In this document: piece after piece, positions 7,773 to 13,134 of the stretch
Layout: each line of letters starts with the position of its first letter
Numbering within the stretch: position 1 is the first letter of the stretch
Virus record (IMG/VR): IMGVR_UViG_3300011337_000358
Source of the DNA: a virus
Lineage: Duplodnaviria > Heunggongvirae > Uroviricota > Caudoviricetes
Length of the DNA: 13,134 bases
Direction: 5' to 3' (one strand)
Program-made: the position numbers and the translations under genes
The notes under the pieces: model-generated
The model's input: only the letters and a program-made list of their open reading frames with translations
Told to the model about the DNA's origin: nothing
Databases searched by the model: none

Positions 7773-9086
7773 AATTTAAAAGAACTTGATTCCTTTCGCA
7801 TCTCTGACGCTATTAGTTTCCATGACAAATTGAACCCTAAGTTATGGAATAATACACGGTTGCGTCCTGAAGTAAAACAACAACTATTAATAATAGCAGA
7901 AGATTTTTTAGAAGAATTAGGTATTAGTGGATTAGATGTAATAGACATGACTGTATCTGGTTCTAATGCCGCATTTAGTTATACACCCAACAGCGACCTA
8001 GACTTACACATATTAGTTGATATGAGTAAGTTGCCAAATGATGAAGTTTACAGAGAATTATTTACAGCAAAAAAATCATTATACAATGACAGCCACGACA
8101 TAAAAATACACGGGATACCAGTAGAGTTATATGTACAAGACGCCAGAGAACCAGTCGTAAGTCTAGGTGAGTACAGTCTCACAAATGATAACTGGCTTAA
8201 AATCCCATCAAAACGCAGAGCCAATTTTGACCAAACCGCCACCAAGACGAAATATGAAAAGTTATTAACATTAATAGAGCTAGCCCTCAAATCTAGAAAA
8301 TACAGTAAAGTAAGTAACATAGCTAAAACAATTAAAAGATATAGACAATCAGGATTAGATAAGGGTGGCGAGTTTGGTCCTGAAAATCTAGCATACAAAG
8401 CATTAAGAGCACAGGGTTACATTACTAAGTTATACGATTTGCGTGACAAGTTACATAGTGAGAAGTTAACTATTGAAACGATGTACCAGCCCATAAACGA
8501 TGACTATGATCCAAATGGTCCTCCTCCAGGTCCCGAGTTTAAACCAACTATGCCTAAAGGTACTGTTAAAGTAGACGTAAGTGATGTATATGATTGGTAT
8601 AAGTTAGGACAACATATTAGTAATCTTAAGGGTCTAGGTAAGCACGACTTTGGTAGTGGACCTCCTAGTACTATTTTTTCATTTGGTGATGAAGATACAG
8701 AACACCAGTACATTAAAGATTTAGAGAAGACCGGATTAACGACAACTGATATTGATCCAGTTGATCCCAAGCAACCCAAGGGTATGAAGCGTCAGAAAGT
8801 TGATCCTACATATAACGTCAATGAATACAACACTATGCAATTTGCGGCTGAAAAAACACCAGCAACAAACCCATATGGTGGTCTTAAAGATAATCAATTT
8901 CGAGGAAGTATGTCAGAAGCAAGTGGATATATACCTTCAGAAAAACAAAAAAATGATCCTCGTTTTAGTACAGCATTGACAGTGGATGTTCATCCTGATT
9001 CAATCAAAAAGAACGCAAAAGCATTTGGATGGCTCACTAGCAGAGCCGGAATCCCTCCTACAGCGAAAGCAAACGGCAAAATCTGA
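7770..9086 (+). CDS. Pol-beta-superfamily nucleotidyltransferase with C-terminal modules, 438 aa
   Basis: GSNAAFSYTPNSDLDLH (GS...DxD, 7959-8003) plus a third acidic strand, VELYVQD. The track start (7692) would run through the terminator and overlap the GT gene, so 7770 is preferred. Tail segments are separated by TIE (8477), VNE (8825) and MSE (8918). Confidence 0.8.
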   Translation: MNLKELDSFRISDAISFHDKLNPKLWNNTRLRPEVKQQLLIIAEDFLEELGISGLDVIDMTVSGSNAAFSYTPNSDLDLHILVDMSKLPNDEVYRELFTAKKSLYNDSHDIKIHGIPVELYVQDAREPVVSLGEYSLTNDNWLKIPSKRRANFDQTATKTKYEKLLTLIELALKSRKYSKVSNIAKTIKRYRQSGLDKGGEFGPENLAYKALRAQGYITKLYDLRDKLHSEKLTIETMYQPINDDYDPNGPPPGPEFKPTMPKGTVKVDVSDVYDWYKLGQHISNLKGLGKHDFGSGPPSTIFSFGDEDTEHQYIKDLEKTGLTTTDIDPVDPKQPKGMKRQKVDPTYNVNEYNTMQFAAEKTPATNPYGGLKDNQFRGSMSEASGYIPSEKQKNDPRFSTALTVDVHPDSIKKNAKAFGWLTSRAGIPPTAKANGKI

Positions 9087-9092
9087 TGGTAA

Positions 9093-9133
9093 AAAATTCT
9101 CTTTTGACTAAATATAAGTATCAAGGGAATTTT
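9093..9133 (+). promoter_or_regulatory. Late promoter TAAATA (9109-9114) in the loop of an SD-sequestering hairpin
   Basis: AAAATTCTCTT (9093-9103) pairs with AAGGGAATTTT (9123-9133): 11 bp with one G-U, covering the SD AAGGG of ATG 9136. Confidence 0.75.
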
Positions 9134-9135
9134 CT

Positions 9136-9381
9136 ATGCCAATTGCGAATAGCTATAATAATACACCAAACGTAGTTTTAGGTCCTCCAACTAGTTCTCC
9201 ACCTACAGTTGATCCGGGCGCGGCTACAGGAACTAACCCAATAGTTAGAAGACCAACTCCTACAATATCATCTAATACTGAAGTAGCAAGTAATGCTATT
9301 CCTGAAGCAGTTCCTACTCCGACTGTTAATCTTCCCACCGCAACTAACACAACAATATTGAAGTTGTGGAAAACAGCATAA
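9136..9381 (+). CDS. Small Pro/Thr-rich hypothetical protein, 81 aa
   Basis: Has its own late promoter and SD and fills the intergenic gap. Low-complexity P/T/N/V sequence. Confidence 0.65.
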   Translation: MPIANSYNNTPNVVLGPPTSSPPTVDPGAATGTNPIVRRPTPTISSNTEVASNAIPEAVPTPTVNLPTATNTTILKLWKTA

Positions 9382-9395
9382 TAAACTAACAAGTT

Positions 9396-9457
9396 TGGTG
9401 GAATTCCTTGTCTATATAGATTTTTGATAAATACTATATAATATTGGAATTCCATCA
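9396..9457 (+). promoter_or_regulatory. Late promoter TAAATA (9428-9433) inside a long RBS-sequestering hairpin
   Basis: TGGTGGAATTCC (9396-9407) pairs with GGAATTCCATCA (9446-9457): 12 bp with one G-U. An inner stem pairs TATATAG (9413-9419) with CTATATA (9434-9440). It covers the RBS and the A of ATG 9457. Confidence 0.75.
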
Positions 9458-10236
9458 TGCGTTTTACAGAAATATCAGAATCTACAACATCAGGCTCAGT
9501 ATCTACTGTAGCAATGCCACTAGGCAAAACTCAAACACGTACTCAAGTATCTGGTTTAGAACCCGTGAAAAAAGTAATGGGCGGCACTGCTAAGAAAAAA
9601 GGTCCATATGGAAATAGTCTTACTGAAGGTGCTATGAAGCAACTTTCAATGGATCTTAAAGAGTTAAAAGACGAAGAATTCAAAAAGAAATATAATATGA
9701 CTAAGCAGGAAGCCCGTACTGAATTATCTGCAAAGCCTGAACCCATCAAAGAAGCAGAACTATCTGAAGATGATATCATATTAGTTCCAGGACAGGGACG
9801 CAAAATGAAAACTGGATTTGTACCGCATGGTCAAAGTCGTGTAGACCATGAAGTAGAAATGGCACGTAGTGATTTATTCAGTGCGGCAAAGAACGCTAAA
9901 CAAGTATATGAAATGATTCATAGTGTATCTGAAGATGAGGGTCTTGAGGGCTGGGTACAAGAAAAGATTATCAAAGCCAACGACTACCTAAATACAGTAC
10001 GTGAATACTTAGAAGGTAAACAAATTCAACAAGAAGCTAGTAGTCTTACATATGAAGGTAAGATTGACTTTGCCAAAAAGATACAAAAGAATGTAGATAA
10101 GAGTAACAAAGCAGTAGTAAAGACTAGAAAAGAAGTTGGTGCAAGAATTGCTGATATTGGTGCAGGCGGCAAAGAACACAATGTTAAAACTGACAAAGCG
10201 TGGGACGATGCACAAAAAGCAAAGAAAGCAAAATAA
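9457..10236 (+). CDS. Probable internal head / prohead-core-like protein, 259 aa
   Basis: Late promoter; charged, helical sequence; N-terminus MRFTEISE; several hydrophobic-X-E junctions (LTE-G, IKE-A, LSE-D, YLE-G, TYE-G). The function is inferred. Confidence 0.6.
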   Translation: MRFTEISESTTSGSVSTVAMPLGKTQTRTQVSGLEPVKKVMGGTAKKKGPYGNSLTEGAMKQLSMDLKELKDEEFKKKYNMTKQEARTELSAKPEPIKEAELSEDDIILVPGQGRKMKTGFVPHGQSRVDHEVEMARSDLFSAAKNAKQVYEMIHSVSEDEGLEGWVQEKIIKANDYLNTVREYLEGKQIQQEASSLTYEGKIDFAKKIQKNVDKSNKAVVKTRKEVGARIADIGAGGKEHNVKTDKAWDDAQKAKKAK

Positions 10237-10237
10237 A

Positions 10238-13134
10238 ATGAGCAATATTCTACAAGGCTTAAACGAAACACAAAAACATGACGGTGTATTCTTGTTAACA
10301 GAATCTCGTACATACAAGTTATGGGAGAGTGCTGGACAAAAGATTAGTGAAGCACAACTAACTGCCGATCAGATTAATCAAATCTTTAAACAAGTTGAAC
10401 AAGGTGCTACTGCCGCAGGTGGTAATCGTACAATGCTCGGTAAAGGTAAAGACGCAGCCGGCGCAGTAAAGCAAGCATATGATGATTTGGTGAGTAAAGC
10501 ACAGAACTCAGGACCTATTAAAGGTGTTGATGCGATGTACGACAAAGCCGCCGAAAAATTAAAACAAGCAACTGGTGGCGATCAGGGTGTAATGAAATAT
10601 GTACAGAAATATCGTGACTTTGCTAAAGAACACCCAGTAGCACAAGGTTTAATATATTCAGCATTAATTGCAGCCGCTGGTATCAGTGGTGCAGGTATTG
10701 GTGGTGCAGCCGCACTAGGTTTGTTTAAGATGGTAGACAAATTGTTACAGGGTGAGAAGTTTAGTACTGCTGTAGGTAAAGGCGTAACTACTGGTGCAAT
10801 GGCTTATGGTGCAAGTAAAGTTGGTGATCTTTTCAAAGGTTCACCGCAAGGCGCACCTACTACTGCTGGATCAGACGCTACCGCAGGTGCGGCACAAGAT
10901 ACATTGTCTGCGACTAGACAAGCAGTGGAAAAAGAAGCTATGGATGCCATTAAGTCTAGAATTGCCAATGGAGAAATAGCACCCGGCGATCAAGGTGCCA
11001 TACGAGATTTGGCATACAAAATGCTAGATGGATCAGGTATGCCGCCGCAGTCTATAGAAACTTCTGTAGAAAAATTAATAACACGATCTATGGGTGATGT
11101 AGGAACTAGCGCAACTAATACAGTGTCCGGCACATTGTCAGGTGTTACCGGAGAACAGATGGCTAGTCATCCTGCATACCAAGCAATGATTCAAAAGTTT
11201 GGCAATACACCCGGCGCTCGTCAGGCGGCTATGGCTGCTGCCAAGTCAGCAATTCTTAAGGGACAAGTCAATGAAAGTATCAATTTATCAGAATCTCAAA
11301 TCTTTCTATTGATAGGTAAGATTGTTGAACGTCAACGTAAACTTGACGAAGGCATCATGGATACACTTAAAGGCGCCGCAGGTAAAGCCGCCGATTGGGC
11401 ACAAACTAAAGGAACTAATTTAACAACTAAAGTTACTGCTGACAAATTATTACAAGCGTGGAAGAAAGCTGGTAGTCCAACAGATAGTTTAGATGTTGCA
11501 AGCATTATTCAAAAAGCTGGTGTACCATCTGATTCAATCAAACAAGTATACACTACAATGCAAATACCTTTTGCAGGTGAAAAAGGTGCAGGTGCGAGTA
11601 CAAAACGTAATATAGATGTTGATCCATCAAGTGTTGCACCAGCCGCTCCAACAAGTACACCCACTGCTTCTGCACCGTCAGCTACAGCAAATGCGCCGGC
11701 GGCAGATGCATCACAGCCTGCTACGGCCGCAACTGGCTCTTTAGCACAAGCACAAGAACTCATTGCAAAATTAGATCCAGAAACTAAAACAAAACTTATA
11801 TCAACATTGAAACAAGAGTTGAGTGTAGCTGAAAGTCGAATCAATGAATTATCTAATGAAAAATTAGGACAATACAAAAAAGCCGCAAGTGCTGACGCTA
11901 CTGCCGCTGACAAAGCAGGTGACTATAAGCGTGGTGATAAACGTTTCAGTGGTATTGTTCGTGCAACTAACAAACAGTTTGCTAATGATACTAAAAAACA
12001 TGGTCAGCAAGGTGTGGCGGAAGGCTTAGAGCAATCATTATCGTCAATGGTAAGACAAGATCAGACTGAGCGGAATGAGTATGCAACCTTTGTAAAATCA
12101 CAAGCAGGTGGTGATTGGTCCAAAGGGGCTAAAATGTATGCTCAACTCAAAAAAAGACCCATCGATGATATATTTGGTGATGCAATAAGATTAAACCAGT
12201 TTATGAAAATGAAGTTTGATTTTGATAAATTTACCAATGAAGATTGGGACAATTATTGGTTGTTAGCACAGCATTGTGATAATAATCGTGACTTTCAAAA
12301 GAATGCTTTATCAATAATTAAAAAATATCAAGGTACAGATCATTCGCACTACAAATATCTATACGATAGAATCAGTATGGGTCTAACTGGTAAACAGAAA
12401 TACGGAACACAGAATATTAAAGAGCATGGCGTGGCAGAAGGCTTCCCTCATGATGTTGACCATATGCCGGGTCCTGTGATTCGCAATGCTGATATGACTA
12501 CAGATAATGTCAAGACCAAAGACAAAGCAGAATGGGACAGAGCCACTGATAGCATCAACGCACGGGTGTTTGATGATATGAGTGAATTTCGCACTGACAA
12601 CAACGGTGAAACAGTTGTCGGTGATAGCGCAGTTTGGGCCAAGTGGGACAATGCTACACAAACAGGTTGGTTCAATGCCAAAGGTCGCCCATTAAAGCCT
12701 TGGCCTGTTAAAGAGCAAGGTGTGGCGGAAGGTGATGGGCCAAGATATATTGATAACATAATGAACCAGTATAAGGCAGGCTTGCCTGGCCAAAACCCGG
12801 CGGCCTTATCTAAACCAACTAGAGCAGTTGATGCCAGAGGTCGCACACAAGAACAATGGGCACAATTAGTTAGGAGCAAGTTTCCGGGTGCTAAAATTAC
12901 ACAGGCTAAAATGATTGACGGGCCTATGCAAGCAACCTTACCTGATGGTAGAAAACTTGGATGGAAAAAAGTTGAACAAATTGATGAAATTATTGATCCT
13001 AGCACAAAGATGGCATGGGCATTACGCCACATCGCCGGGTTCCTTACTAGATTATTTCCTTACGCAGTGGGCGCCGGAACTTTGTGGGCAGCCAGTGGAC
13101 TGTTGGCCCCACTAGTGGCTGCATCCGGTGGAGT
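10238..13134 (+). CDS. Large modular polyprotein, probable internal head protein (at least 965 aa, 3'-truncated, not in ORF track)
   Basis: I translated it by hand from ATG 10238 (after TAA 10234-10236) and found no stop to the window end. It begins MSNILQGLNE and contains three in-frame GVAEG repeats, a DUF6624-like module, an A/P/T linker and hydrophobic segments. Confidence 0.88.
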   Translation, partial: MSNILQGLNETQKHDGVFLLTESRTYKLWESAGQKISEAQLTADQINQIFKQVEQGATAAGGNRTMLGKGKDAAGAVKQAYDDLVSKAQNSGPIKGVDAMYDKAAEKLKQATGGDQGVMKYVQKYRDFAKEHPVAQGLIYSALIAAAGISGAGIGGAAALGLFKMVDKLLQGEKFSTAVGKGVTTGAMAYGASKVGDLFKGSPQGAPTTAGSDATAGAAQDTLSATRQAVEKEAMDAIKSRIANGEIAPGDQGAIRDLAYKMLDGSGMPPQSIETSVEKLITRSMGDVGTSATNTVSGTLSGVTGEQMASHPAYQAMIQKFGNTPGARQAAMAAAKSAILKGQVNESINLSESQIFLLIGKIVERQRKLDEGIMDTLKGAAGKAADWAQTKGTNLTTKVTADKLLQAWKKAGSPTDSLDVASIIQKAGVPSDSIKQVYTTMQIPFAGEKGAGASTKRNIDVDPSSVAPAAPTSTPTASAPSATANAPAADASQPATAATGSLAQAQELIAKLDPETKTKLISTLKQELSVAESRINELSNEKLGQYKKAASADATAADKAGDYKRGDKRFSGIVRATNKQFANDTKKHGQQGVAEGLEQSLSSMVRQDQTERNEYATFVKSQAGGDWSKGAKMYAQLKKRPIDDIFGDAIRLNQFMKMKFDFDKFTNEDWDNYWLLAQHCDNNRDFQKNALSIIKKYQGTDHSHYKYLYDRISMGLTGKQKYGTQNIKEHGVAEGFPHDVDHMPGPVIRNADMTTDNVKTKDKAEWDRATDSINARVFDDMSEFRTDNNGETVVGDSAVWAKWDNATQTGWFNAKGRPLKPWPVKEQGVAEGDGPRYIDNIMNQYKAGLPGQNPAALSKPTRAVDARGRTQEQWAQLVRSKFPGAKITQAKMIDGPMQATLPDGRKLGWKKVEQIDEIIDPSTKMAWALRHIAGFLTRLFPYAVGAGTLWAASGLLAPLVAASGG
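12008..12024 (+). repeat. QGVAEG repeat copy 2 (CAAGGTGTGGCGGAAGG)
   Basis: 17/17 identical to copy 4; in frame. Confidence 0.95.
12026..12424 (+). other. DUF6624-like domain cassette inside the polyprotein
   Basis: MVRQDQTER...WLLAQHCDNNRDFQKNAL...YKYLYDRISM...KQKYGTQ matches the recalled DUF6624 pattern (M...DQ..R...WLL.QHAD....FQ...L...YAYL.DR......Q.YGTQ). It is bounded by repeat copies 2 and 3. Confidence 0.7.
12417..12441 (+). repeat. GVAEG repeat copy 3, degenerate (TTAAAGAGCATGGCGTGGCAGAAGG)
   Basis: 14/17 match in the core (12425-12441). It shares the upstream TTAAAGAGCA with copy 4 and encodes IKEHGVAEG. Confidence 0.88.
12708..12732 (+). repeat. QGVAEG repeat copy 4 (TTAAAGAGCAAGGTGTGGCGGAAGG)
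   Basis: 17/17 core at 12716-12732; encodes VKEQGVAEG; in frame. Confidence 0.95.

Noticed and set aside
9988-9995. CTAAATAC inside the 9457-10236 gene as an internal late promoter
   Set aside because: It is intragenic, 243 nt from the next start, has no hairpin, and a 6-mer like this is expected by chance in AT-rich DNA.
6083-12732. The GVAEG repeats as a CRISPR array or Chi sites
   Set aside because: Spacers are 274 nt to several kb, in frame and coding; the repeat is not palindromic; no cas genes are present. It does not match E. coli Chi (GCTGGTGG).
9-13032. All minus-strand ORFs in the track (e.g. 9-335, 3553-4197, 8048-8398, 11509-11913, 12448-13032) and short off-frame plus ORFs (152-412, 1186-1404, 10794-10979, 12915-13115)
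   Set aside because: Each lies within or mostly overlaps a longer, better-supported + strand gene and has no recognisable domain. They are consistent with antisense or off-frame shadows.

Overview
This is a 13.1 kb, AT-rich, densely coding fragment of a large T4-like (myovirus-type) phage genome, with every credible gene on the + strand. The left part holds a 3TM-holin-family protein with an FG-repeat N-terminus, a MaoC/hot-dog gene behind a perfect sigma70 promoter, a dnaJ-clpA pair and a hypothetical gene. From about 4930 on, transcription looks late. TAAATA promoters, three of them built into RBS-sequestering hairpins, precede a 54-aa ORF missing from the track, a probable virion protein, an HxGH cytidylyltransferase-like fusion, a GT-A glycosyltransferase, a Pol-beta-type nucleotidyltransferase fusion and probable internal head proteins. 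The last of these is an open ORF of at least 965 aa (10238 to the window end), also missing from the track. The most striking signal is a 17-25 nt repeat, (TTAAAGAG)CAAGGTGTGGCGGAAGG. It occurs four times, always in frame, and encodes QGVAE[G/D], which resembles a T4 gp21 prohead-protease site. It separates unrelated domains, and two adjacent ones have very different GC content; one is a DUF6624-like domain. I infer a repeat-delimited cassette system that builds protease-processed virion cargo polyproteins. Family assignments come from recalled motifs, not database searches.
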